Shown here: positions 37,889 through 46,483 of the stretch, one piece after another
Layout of the letters: each line of letters begins with the position of its first letter
How positions within the stretch are numbered: the first letter of the stretch is position 1
NCBI GenBank assembly: GCA_965219385.1
Contig: CBDCNM010000002.1
Coordinates: 1,730,936 to 1,794,935 of the forward strand
DNA: 64,000 nucleotides
Source: Candidatus Latescibacterota bacterium
GTDB taxonomy: Bacteria > Latescibacterota > UBA2968 > UBA8231
Direction: 5' to 3'
The notes under the pieces: model-generated
The model's database searches: none
The model's input: only the letters and a program-made list of their open reading frames with translations
Told to the model about the DNA's origin: nothing
Made by a program: the position numbers and the translations under genes

Positions 37889-40686
37889 TGGCGCAGACGA
37901 CCATTGACCGCCTCATCGTCAACTCTCCCTACGAGGAGCCGGCGAAACATTGGCGCTACGACCGGCAGACGAGACTGTTCGATCTGGCGGATGGACGCCG
38001 GCCGGCCGGTTACGTCGTCGCGTCGGGCGACTCCAAGGCATTCGACGACCCCGGCATCTTTGTAGAAATCCCGCTGGTCAACCAAATCCGTCCGCGAGTC
38101 GAGGCGTGGCGCAAAACCGGATATCCGGGTGTAACCAGCATCACCAAGCGGCTGCTCGAGCACTGGACCGACCCGGAAGAATTCGGGACCCGGCGCTTTT
38201 TCTTCTGCCAACTGGAGGCGGTCGAAACCCTGATCTGGCTTACGGAAGCGCCCGCCTCCGATAAGGTCGGCGTGGAGCTTCCGTCCGATGGAGGCACGTT
38301 CGAGCGGTTGTGCGCGAAGATGGCGACCGGCTCCGGCAAGACCGTCGTCATGGCGATGGTTATCGCCTGGCATATCCTGAACAAAGTCACCTATCCCCAG
38401 GACACCCGGTTCGCCAGGCACGTTCTGGTCATCGCTCCAGGTCTCACCGTACGCAGCCGTCTGGCCGTGCTGGAGCCGTCCCATGCGGAGAGTTACTACG
38501 ACGAATTCCGCATCGTGCCGTCGTCCCTGCTCGACAAGCTGCGCCAGGGCAGGGTAGTGATCCGCAACTGGCACGCACTCAATTGGGAGGCCGAGGAGAA
38601 AATCGCCGGGAAACGCGGCGTCGACAAACGCGGAGCCAAAAGCGATGAAGCCTACGTCCGAGAGGTTCTGGGCGATTTGGCGAGCGCCCGCAACGTCTTG
38701 GTCATCAACGACGAGGCGCATCACGCTTGGCGGATTCCCGCCGAATCCAAGGTCAAGGGTGTGAGCAAAGATCAGATCGAGGAAGCGACCAAATGGGTGG
38801 GCGGTCTCGATCGGATCGACAAGGCGCGCGGCATTCTCACCTGCTACGACTTCTCGGCCACGCCCTTCGCGCCTTCGGGCAAACGGAGTTCCGAGGAGGC
38901 GCTGTTCGGCTGGATCGTGAGCGATTTCGGCCTGAACGACGCCATCGAGTCCGGGTTGGTCAAAACCCCGCGCGTCGTGGTCCGCGACGACGCGGTGCCC
39001 GACGCCAAGACCTACAAATCGCGCCTCTATCACATCTACGACGATTCCGAGGTTAAAGACGACTTGAACCGGCGAGCCAAGCCCGAGGAGCCGCTGCCGG
39101 ACTTGGTTACGAACGGCTACTACCTGCTTGGCTACGATTGGCGCGAAACCGCCAGGGAGTGGGCGGCGCGACCGGACCGGCCGGACAAGGCCCCGCCGGT
39201 AATGATCACCGTCGCCAACCGCACCGAGACGGCGGCTCGGGTCAAGCATGCGTTCGACCACAAGAGGGTCCGCATCAACGAGCTGTGCGACCCTGAGCGA
39301 ACGCTGCACATCGACTCCAAAGTGCTCGCCGCCGCCGAGGCCGCCGAGGAACCGATCGCGGAGATTGACGGCGGCGAGAGCGGGGAAGACGCGGACAACG
39401 GCCACCCGCGGAAGCTGACCAGGAAACAGCAAGCCGAGTTGCTGCGCCTGCGAGTGGATACCGTGGGACAGCCCGGAAAGGAAGGTGAGCAGGTACAGAA
39501 CGTGATCTCCGTCGGAATGCTTTCGGAAGGCTGGGACGCCAAGACCGTCACTCACATCATGGGCCTGCGTGCGTTCACTAGCCAACTCCTCTGTGAACAG
39601 GTCGTCGGACGCGGCCTGCGCCGCACTTCTTACGATGTAAACCCGGACACCGGTTTGTTCGAGCCGGAGTACGTCAACATTTTCGGCGTGCCTTTCACAT
39701 TCCTGCCCCACGAGGGCGGAGAAGACGGTCCACCGCCGCCGCCCAAGCCGAAGACCGCCGTCGAGCCAGTAGCGGACAAGGCGGAATTCGAGATTTCGTG
39801 GCCGAACGTTATCCGCATAGACCACAACTACCGCCCGCGCCTGTCCCTGGAATGGCAAAAGCTGAAGCCCCTGGAGCTTGACGCTGGGCAGACGGCCCGG
39901 ATCGCGGAGCTTGCCCCGATCGTCGAGGGCAAGCCGGACGCGACGCAGATCGAGGCCATAAACCTAGACAAGCTGGCGCGGGAGTTCCGCACCCAGCGAA
40001 TCATCTTCGAGACCGCGCGGGACGTCTACGACCAGATGCAGGAGAACTGGCGGGGCGGCAAGGCGTTCCTGCTGGCCCAACTGGTGTGGTTGATCGAACA
40101 ATTCATCCGTTCGGACAGAATCAGCATCGCACCTACGTTATTTCTCCACGACGACCTCAAGCGACGCCTCATCATCACGCTCAACATGACCAAGGTGGTC
40201 CAGCATATCTGGGAGGCGATCCGCTTTGAGAACACCGAGAGTCTGGATCCGGTGTTCGACCAGGACCAACCCATCCGTTCAACCGGCGACATGCGCACCT
40301 GGTACACCGGCAAGCCCTGCGAGCGCACCGCGCACAGCCACATCAATTTCTGTGTCTATGATAGCACCTGGGAAGCGTCGGAAGCCTTTGCCCTTGACCA
40401 CGCCTCCGAGGTGGCAGCCTGGGTGAAAAACGATCACTTGGGCTTCGAAGTGTTCTACGTCCATCTCGGCGTGGTGCGGAAGTACCGTCCCGATTTTATC
40501 ATCCGGCTCAGGTCGGGTGACATGTTGGTATTGGAAACCAAGGGCCAGGACAGCGAACAAGACCGAACCAAACGCCAATTCCTCGACGAATGGATCAATG
40601 CTATCAACGCGCATGGCGGCTTCGGTCGCTGGTCCTGGGACGTGTCGAAGGCTCCTGGAGACATCCGGGACATCCTCGCGCAATAG
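37888..40686 (+). CDS. Type III-like restriction endonuclease/helicase (Res subunit)
   Basis: KMATGSGKT, INDEAHH, DFSATP, MLSEGWD, EQVVGRGLRR and C-terminal YRPDF...LETKG nuclease motif. Confidence 0.92.
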   Translation: MAQTTIDRLIVNSPYEEPAKHWRYDRQTRLFDLADGRRPAGYVVASGDSKAFDDPGIFVEIPLVNQIRPRVEAWRKTGYPGVTSITKRLLEHWTDPEEFGTRRFFFCQLEAVETLIWLTEAPASDKVGVELPSDGGTFERLCAKMATGSGKTVVMAMVIAWHILNKVTYPQDTRFARHVLVIAPGLTVRSRLAVLEPSHAESYYDEFRIVPSSLLDKLRQGRVVIRNWHALNWEAEEKIAGKRGVDKRGAKSDEAYVREVLGDLASARNVLVINDEAHHAWRIPAESKVKGVSKDQIEEATKWVGGLDRIDKARGILTCYDFSATPFAPSGKRSSEEALFGWIVSDFGLNDAIESGLVKTPRVVVRDDAVPDAKTYKSRLYHIYDDSEVKDDLNRRAKPEEPLPDLVTNGYYLLGYDWRETAREWAARPDRPDKAPPVMITVANRTETAARVKHAFDHKRVRINELCDPERTLHIDSKVLAAAEAAEEPIAEIDGGESGEDADNGHPRKLTRKQQAELLRLRVDTVGQPGKEGEQVQNVISVGMLSEGWDAKTVTHIMGLRAFTSQLLCEQVVGRGLRRTSYDVNPDTGLFEPEYVNIFGVPFTFLPHEGGEDGPPPPPKPKTAVEPVADKAEFEISWPNVIRIDHNYRPRLSLEWQKLKPLELDAGQTARIAELAPIVEGKPDATQIEAINLDKLAREFRTQRIIFETARDVYDQMQENWRGGKAFLLAQLVWLIEQFIRSDRISIAPTLFLHDDLKRRLIITLNMTKVVQHIWEAIRFENTESLDPVFDQDQPIRSTGDMRTWYTGKPCERTAHSHINFCVYDSTWEASEAFALDHASEVAAWVKNDHLGFEVFYVHLGVVRKYRPDFIIRLRSGDMLVLETKGQDSEQDRTKRQFLDEWINAINAHGGFGRWSWDVSKAPGDIRDILAQ

Positions 40687-40711
40687 GGCATTGTCGCGAT
40701 CCGCGCCCATG

Positions 40712-40820
40712 GGGATGTCGACCTGGCGGTTTTAGTGTCGCAGTAGGCGTTCCCGGCAGATTCGCCTGGACCATCCGACCCCCGTAAAAAATTTCCGCCT
40801 GCGACGCGATCTGTCGCACC
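40712..40820 (+). repeat. Mosaic of the collagen-gene 3' end and a shortened 216-bp repeat
   Basis: GGATGTCGACCTGGCGGTTTTAGTGTCGCAGTAG matches 25538-25571; TCCCGGCAGATTC.CCTGGACCATCC and CGTAAAAAATTTC.GCCTGCGACGCGATCTGTCGCACC match the repeat. Confidence 0.85.
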
Positions 40821-40833
40821 CGTGGGCGAAGTT
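40801..40833 (+). promoter_or_regulatory. WYL-box motif copy 6 (degenerate -10)
   Basis: tGCGAC-gcgatct-GTCGCa; GAAGTT 10 bp after GTCGC. Confidence 0.68.
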
Positions 40834-40971
40834 TGAGGAGAAGTCACCGACCTGACCCAACCTCAACCCACGGGAGGACACCGTGATCCAGACCATCTCC
40901 GCCTGCTGCCTGGCCCTGGCCTTGGGGGTATACTGTCGGCAGGGTGGGGGGGGCGCTCTAAAAAAGAACCT

Positions 40972-42444
40972 ATGATCGCAACTGTTGATACTCAGCACCT
41001 AGAGCGCACGCCGCCGCAGGCCATCGAGATAGAGCAGGCCGTGTTGGGGGCGATGATGCTCGAGCAGCGAGCCATTGACTGCGCCAGCGAAATCCTCGAC
41101 CCAAGCTGCTTTTACAATGCCCCGCACAGCCGGATCTTCGAGGCCATGATCGACCTCTACGAGCGCGGCGTGGCCGCTGATCAGTTCACCTTGGGCGAGG
41201 AACTCAAACGCCGCGACCAGCTCGATGAGGTCGGCGGAGTCGTCTATCTGGCCAAGCTGGCCGCCAAGGTCGCCACTGCCGCCAATATCGACTTCCACGC
41301 GCGGATCGTCCTGGAGAAGGCGCTAAGCCGCTGGCTGATCGAGACCGCCAGCGAGATCATCGAGCAGGCCTACAAAGGCAGCGAGGACGTACTGGAGCTG
41401 ATCGACAGCGCCGAGCAACGGCTTTTCAGTATCAGCGAAAACCAGATCGGCGAGGGGCCTGAGCCGCTGGCGGAGGTAATGGACAATGCGCTCAATCAGA
41501 TTGGGCGTGCTCACGACAGGATCAGCACAATCTCCGGGGTTGAGACGGGGTTTGTCGAGCTCGACGCGTTGACCTCCGGCTTTCAGAAGGGCGAGTTGAT
41601 CGTGCTGGCGGCGGTGCCGGGCGTCGGCAAGACGGCCCTGGCGCTTGACCTGGCGCGCAACGCGACGGTGGAGGCCGGGATCGGGGTGGCGATCTTCAGC
41701 CTGGAAACGTCCAGGATACAGCTAGCCAAGCGCCTGCTCAGCGCCGAGACCCGGGTCAATCTGTACAAGCTGTGCACCGGCCGGCTCCGCGACGACGACT
41801 GGATGCACCTGAGGCGCAAGGCCGGCCGCCTGGCCCAAGCGCCGATCTACATAGACGACACCCCCGGCATCTCGGTGCTCGAAGCCCGGGCCAAGGCCCG
41901 CCGGCTGCACCGCGATGCCGGGATCGGCCTGATCGTGGTGGACTATTTACAATTGATGAGCGGACGGGTCAGGGGCCCGAGCCGCGAGCAGGAAATCTCG
42001 CACATCTCGAGCGGGCTGAAGGCCCTGGCCAAGGAGCTGGACATGCCGGTCCTGGCGCTGTCGCAGCTGTCGCGCGCGGTGGAAAACCGCACGGACCGGC
42101 GGCCGCAGTTGTCGGACTTGCGGGAGTCGGGGAGCATCGAGCAGGATGCCGACATGGTGATGTTCGTTTACCGCCCCGAGATGTACGGCCTCAAGGGGCC
42201 CGACGGCGCCAGCCTCGAAGGCATCGCCGAGATCATCATCGACAAGCAGCGCAACGGTCCGTGCGGCTCGGTCATCTTGAAGTGGAACGCCGAGAGCGCG
42301 ACCTACGAGCCGATGGCCCCCGAGTGGCGGATGGAAGGAACCGGAAGAGGAGCTTTAGCCTGGCGGCCTCGGCGTCGCAGGCGTCGCCCACAGGCCGTCC
42401 GACGCGCGTCCCAGGATCCGAAAAAGTTTGACCCCGCGACATGA
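40972..42444 (+). CDS. dnaB: Replicative DNA helicase DnaB paralog (intact reading frame)
   Basis: PPQAIEIEQAVLG, LAAVPGVGKT, FSLE, IVVDYLQL, LSQLSR, SDLRESGSIEQDAD, KQRNGP. Confidence 0.93.
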   Translation: MIATVDTQHLERTPPQAIEIEQAVLGAMMLEQRAIDCASEILDPSCFYNAPHSRIFEAMIDLYERGVAADQFTLGEELKRRDQLDEVGGVVYLAKLAAKVATAANIDFHARIVLEKALSRWLIETASEIIEQAYKGSEDVLELIDSAEQRLFSISENQIGEGPEPLAEVMDNALNQIGRAHDRISTISGVETGFVELDALTSGFQKGELIVLAAVPGVGKTALALDLARNATVEAGIGVAIFSLETSRIQLAKRLLSAETRVNLYKLCTGRLRDDDWMHLRRKAGRLAQAPIYIDDTPGISVLEARAKARRLHRDAGIGLIVVDYLQLMSGRVRGPSREQEISHISSGLKALAKELDMPVLALSQLSRAVENRTDRRPQLSDLRESGSIEQDADMVMFVYRPEMYGLKGPDGASLEGIAEIIIDKQRNGPCGSVILKWNAESATYEPMAPEWRMEGTGRGALAWRPRRRRRRPQAVRRASQDPKKFDPAT

Positions 42445-42468
42445 TCCGTCGCACCCCCGGAGTAGGTT
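42436..42468 (+). promoter_or_regulatory. WYL-box motif copy 7 (overlaps dnaB stop, precedes clpP)
   Basis: GCGAC-atgatcc-GTCGC, 10 bp, TAGGTT; GGAGG RBS and ATG at 42511. Confidence 0.78.
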
Positions 42469-42510
42469 CACCTGTTGCACGCAGACGAACCCATTCCCCG
42501 GAGGTGCGAC

Positions 42511-43101
42511 ATGCCCACCAAGAAGGAACCCAGCGAACGCCGTACCCTCGACGAGCACGGCATCATCTTCCTCTCCGGCGCCATTGACGGCGGCCAGGCC
42601 CAATCTACCTGCGAAAAGATCATCGAGTTCAACGTCGGCGAGGAGGTCGACCTGATCCAGTTGATGATCAACTCGCCTGGGGGCGAGTGCGCTGCCGGGT
42701 TCGCCGTGATCGACCTGATGGACTGGTCGCGGTTGCCGATCTACACCACCGGTGTCGGCATGGTGGCGTCGATGGCGCCGGCGATCTTCATGGCCGGCGA
42801 GCCGGGCCACCGCGTACTGACGCCGCGCACCTCCATCCTCTCGCACCGGTTCAGTGCGCTTAGCTTCGGCAATCACTCGGAACTGGTGGCCCGCCGCAAG
42901 CAGGAAGACCTCCTGCACCGGCGCCTCGTGGACCACTACCTGGCGTTCTCCAACCTGACGACCGCAGAGGAGGCAGCCGAGCGCCTGCTGCGCGACGTGG
43001 ACACGTGGCTGACGCCGGTGGAGGCGGTCGCGGTGGGGATCGCCGACAAGGTGCAGGCGGACCACAAAGGGCGGCCGGGCCGGGTGGAGGCGAGACGATG
43101 A
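42511..43101 (+). CDS. clpP: ClpP-family serine protease (divergent)
   Basis: IIFLSGAID, LMINSPGG, GMVASMA (Ser), ILSHRF (His), RDVDTWLT..EAV..GIADKV. Confidence 0.88.
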   Translation: MPTKKEPSERRTLDEHGIIFLSGAIDGGQAQSTCEKIIEFNVGEEVDLIQLMINSPGGECAAGFAVIDLMDWSRLPIYTTGVGMVASMAPAIFMAGEPGHRVLTPRTSILSHRFSALSFGNHSELVARRKQEDLLHRRLVDHYLAFSNLTTAEEAAERLLRDVDTWLTPVEAVAVGIADKVQADHKGRPGRVEARR

Positions 43102-45233
43102 CCGCGGCGGAGCAAAGGGCGATCCCGGTGCGGGGCTACGCGACCAACACGGAGTTTCTGGAGGCGAAGTTCAAGGAGGTGGCTCTGCAGCTCGAGTGCG
43201 CCGGACTGCGGCGCCTGTTGGGACAGCGGAGCCTCCGGCGCTGGTGCACGGGGCTGCGCAGCGAGTCGGAGGAGACGATCCCGACGGAAAACCTCCAGCA
43301 CCAGCTGGAAATCTCGGAGCAGGAGCGGCTGCGCCACCGGGCGGTCATCGAGGCGCGGCTGCAGGCGAGCGCTCCGTCAGTGGTGCCGTTCCTGGACCTC
43401 GTGGAGCGTTGCGGCGTGACTGCCTTCGACCGGCAGGTACTCTGGCTGCTGTTCTTCAAGGCAGTGTCGCCGGAGTCCCGGGACCACTACCGGCAGCTGG
43501 GGGTGGAGACGCGGCGCACCGAGGGTGAGCATGAAGTGTGCATCGGCGACCTGCTGGAGATACTGTGTTCGAGCGGGATCGGCGGGACCATGCAGGCGCG
43601 CGCCCGGTTCAGGATCGACGCGCCGCTGATGGCCCACCACCTGGTCCGCATGGACCACTTCCGTGAGGAGCGACCGTCGATCCTGGACATCGGGGTGCAT
43701 CTACCCCAACGGATCGTGTCGTGGATCAGCGGGGACACGCATCGCTACCCGAGCGACAGTCCGTGCCTAGTGGAGTGGCCGACGGAGGACGTCAATCGCG
43801 TCGTGCTGGACAACGGGGTAGTCCAGCGACTGCTGGGGATGGTGGACCACTACGAGGAATTCCGCGCCCGCCGCTCGGAGTTGGGACTGGCGGACGGCGC
43901 TTCCTGCGGGAGCACGCTGGTAATCCTGGAGCACGGGCCGCCGGGAACGGGGAAAACCCTATTGGCACGGGCCCTGGCCTGCCGCGCCGGCAAGCCGCTG
44001 GTGAGTCTGCTGACGAAGGGGCATTATCGCGCCAGCGACGCGGAGCTGGAATACCTGTTCCGGGAGGCGCGTCTCCAGGACGGCATCCTGTTCATCAACG
44101 AGTGCGAGTCGCTGTGCTCGGAGGACAGCGATGAGCTGCGGGTCCTGCTGCGCGAGCTGGAGCACTTCGACGGCATCGTCATCATGGCGACGAACCGCTC
44201 CCAGGTGCTGGTGCCACAGTTCGACAGGCGATGCACGGTGAAGGTGCCCTTTGCCCTGCCCTCGGAGCAGGCCCGGCTGCGGATCTGGCAGCTGCACCTG
44301 GGGAGCACGCCCTTGGCAGCGGACGTGAACCTGGCGCGACTGGCTCAGGGGTACCCCATCGCCGGGGGCTACATCAAGAACGCGGCGCAGACGGCCGTGA
44401 ACGAAGCGCTGGCGCGGGAGGGGGAGCTGATCCTGCGGCAGGCCGACCTCGAGGCGGCCTGCCGGCTCCAGGAGCAGCATGTCGGGAGCGGGCTGGAGCA
44501 CGGTCTGCGCTACCGGCCGCAACCGCGCATCAACGACCTGGTGACCGGCGAGAAGCTGCGTGCGCGGCTGTGGAGCCTGGCGCTGGCGCTGACCAAGCAG
44601 AGGGATATCCTGCGCTCCTGGCTGGGCGAGGGGTGCCCGGAAGCAGGCGGTGTGCGCGTGCTGTTTCACGGCAAGGACTTCCACGCAGCGATGGCCGCGG
44701 CGGACGCGGTGGCAGGGGAAATGGAACGTCGCGTGCTGAGACTGTGGATGCGCGAGCTGAAGGAGGACTGGGCACTTGAGGTGATCGAGGCCGCGGCGAA
44801 CACGGGGCAGATCGTGGCGATCGCAGATCCGTGGGGACGGCTCGGCAACGGGCAGGCTGATGAGGGCGAGATCCTGAGGGACGTGGTAGCCGAATGTTCG
44901 CATTCGTCGGCGATCCTGTTCGTCGTCAGTGGCGAGCCTCTTCGCGGGGTGAAGGGCTGGGCGCAAAGGTTCCACGAGGCCGTGGATGTGACGCCGGCAG
45001 ATGCGGACGGGCGGGCGCACCAGTGGCGCCGCTTGCTCGGCGGTCGGGCCGACGGGATCGACGTTGAGAGGCTGGCGGAGGAGTTTCCGGCGACGGTTGC
45101 GCAGATGCGGATGGCGCTGGAGAGGGCGGCGCTCAGGACGGGGGCGGTGGGAAAAGTGGAGCTGAGGGAGGAGGAGTTGTGGGAGGCAGTGCGCGGTGTG
45201 GTGGGGGACCGGGAGGGCGGGCTGTTCGGGTGA
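43098..45233 (+). CDS. AAA+ ATPase with N-terminal helical/winged-helix region and degenerate second AAA module
   Basis: ATGA overlap with clpP; GPPGTGKT, ILFINECE, IMATNR, FDRR; the C-terminal module lacks a Walker A. Confidence 0.85.
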   Translation: MTAAEQRAIPVRGYATNTEFLEAKFKEVALQLECAGLRRLLGQRSLRRWCTGLRSESEETIPTENLQHQLEISEQERLRHRAVIEARLQASAPSVVPFLDLVERCGVTAFDRQVLWLLFFKAVSPESRDHYRQLGVETRRTEGEHEVCIGDLLEILCSSGIGGTMQARARFRIDAPLMAHHLVRMDHFREERPSILDIGVHLPQRIVSWISGDTHRYPSDSPCLVEWPTEDVNRVVLDNGVVQRLLGMVDHYEEFRARRSELGLADGASCGSTLVILEHGPPGTGKTLLARALACRAGKPLVSLLTKGHYRASDAELEYLFREARLQDGILFINECESLCSEDSDELRVLLRELEHFDGIVIMATNRSQVLVPQFDRRCTVKVPFALPSEQARLRIWQLHLGSTPLAADVNLARLAQGYPIAGGYIKNAAQTAVNEALAREGELILRQADLEAACRLQEQHVGSGLEHGLRYRPQPRINDLVTGEKLRARLWSLALALTKQRDILRSWLGEGCPEAGGVRVLFHGKDFHAAMAAADAVAGEMERRVLRLWMRELKEDWALEVIEAAANTGQIVAIADPWGRLGNGQADEGEILRDVVAECSHSSAILFVVSGEPLRGVKGWAQRFHEAVDVTPADADGRAHQWRRLLGGRADGIDVERLAEEFPATVAQMRMALERAALRTGAVGKVELREEELWEAVRGVVGDREGGLFG

Positions 45234-45403
45234 GGAGGCGGCTACGGTTGCGGTGTCCTCCTTGCCCTTTGCCCGGCCTGTAACTTTCTCGGCGAACGTA
45301 CTCCCCGTCGAATACACGAGATTCCCACCTTTCTCCAGCCACTTGCGGATCGGCGCGGAATCCTCGTCCGCCGGATCGGTTTGAATTCGTCTCGACTAAA
45401 CTG

Positions 45404-45433
45404 TTGACAGTGGACGAGGAAAGGTCTTAAGTT
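45404..45433 (+). promoter_or_regulatory. Putative sigma70 promoter
   Basis: TTGACA, 18 bp, TAAGTT upstream of an AAGGAG RBS and ATG 45473. Confidence 0.5.
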
Positions 45434-45472
45434 TTGCCCCGACCTTTCTACCCCAACTCAAGGAGTGTCTAT

Positions 45473-46441
45473 ATGGCTACGGATCTATCGGCAAATCAAC
45501 TGGTCAGTCCCTTTGATCTCCAGGCCGACGATGGCTATGTCTGGCTCAGGGGCAACCTGCACTGCCACACCACTAACTCCGATGGCAAACCCTCGCCGCA
45601 GGAGCGCCTGGACGGCTACGTCGAGCAGGGCTACGATTTTCTCTGTCTGTCCGATCACTACACCATCACCCGCATCGAAACCGTTCGGGCACCCGATGAT
45701 TTCGTGCTGGTACAGGGCGTCGAGCTGCATCCGGAAAATCCCTTTGGCGGTCTGACCCACCACTTTGTGTGCCTGAACATCCACGAGGACATGGATACCC
45801 CCAAGATGCCGCCGCAGCACGTGATCGACAAGGTCAACGAGCAGGGGGGATCCATCTGGCTGGCGCATCCCCACTGGAGTTCGGTCAAGATCATACGGGA
45901 CACCCTGCCCCTGCACGGGCTGGCCGGCATCGAGGTCTTCAACACGATTTGTCGCACCTACGGGCGGGGTGAGTCATCGGTGCACTGGGACGACTGGATG
46001 GAACTGGAGAACCGGCTCTATCCGGCCCTGGCCAACGACGATTCCCACGCCTACGACTCCGAGGAGAAAGACACCTACCAGGGGTGGACCATGGTGCGGG
46101 TCAAGGAACGCACGGTCGAAGCCGTGTGCCAGGCCCTGAAGAACGGTGCCGGCTACAGCAGCACGGGTCCCCAAATCCACGATATTCAGTTGCGGCGAGT
46201 GGACCAGCCCGGAGACGAAAAAACAGAGGTCGAAGCCACGGTGCATTGCTCCGAGGCCCAGCGGATTGTAGCGGTACACGATCTGGTCGGAATGGAATAC
46301 AGGGAGCCGGGTAAGTCCTTTGAGCGCGCCACATTCACCCTGCGGCCCAACGCCCGCTGGGCGCGCTTCGAGGTAGTGGGGCCGGATGGGGCCAAGGCGT
46401 GGTCCAATCCGTTCGACCTGACCGGCCTCGAGCGCGGCTGA
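45473..46441 (+). CDS. PHP-domain (CehA/McbA-like) metallohydrolase
   Basis: WLRGNLHCHTTNSDG, FLCLSDH, LAHPHW, IEVFN, ANDDSH, AWSNPF. Confidence 0.85.
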   Translation: MATDLSANQLVSPFDLQADDGYVWLRGNLHCHTTNSDGKPSPQERLDGYVEQGYDFLCLSDHYTITRIETVRAPDDFVLVQGVELHPENPFGGLTHHFVCLNIHEDMDTPKMPPQHVIDKVNEQGGSIWLAHPHWSSVKIIRDTLPLHGLAGIEVFNTICRTYGRGESSVHWDDWMELENRLYPALANDDSHAYDSEEKDTYQGWTMVRVKERTVEAVCQALKNGAGYSSTGPQIHDIQLRRVDQPGDEKTEVEATVHCSEAQRIVAVHDLVGMEYREPGKSFERATFTLRPNARWARFEVVGPDGAKAWSNPFDLTGLERG

Positions 46442-46483
46442 TGATGTGCACACAGCTCAACCTATACTGAAAGGTCTCGAATC

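Noticed and set aside
17857..42468. Repeated palindromes as integron attC sites
   Set aside because: No GTTRRRY/RYYYAAC cores, no long imperfect hairpin and no integron integrase; the fixed spacing to a -10 hexamer fits a promoter better.
40972..45233. dnaB plus clpP as a prophage remnant
   Set aside because: No terminase, portal, capsid, tail or integrase genes are recognisable; the clpP is coupled to an AAA ATPase rather than portal/capsid genes.
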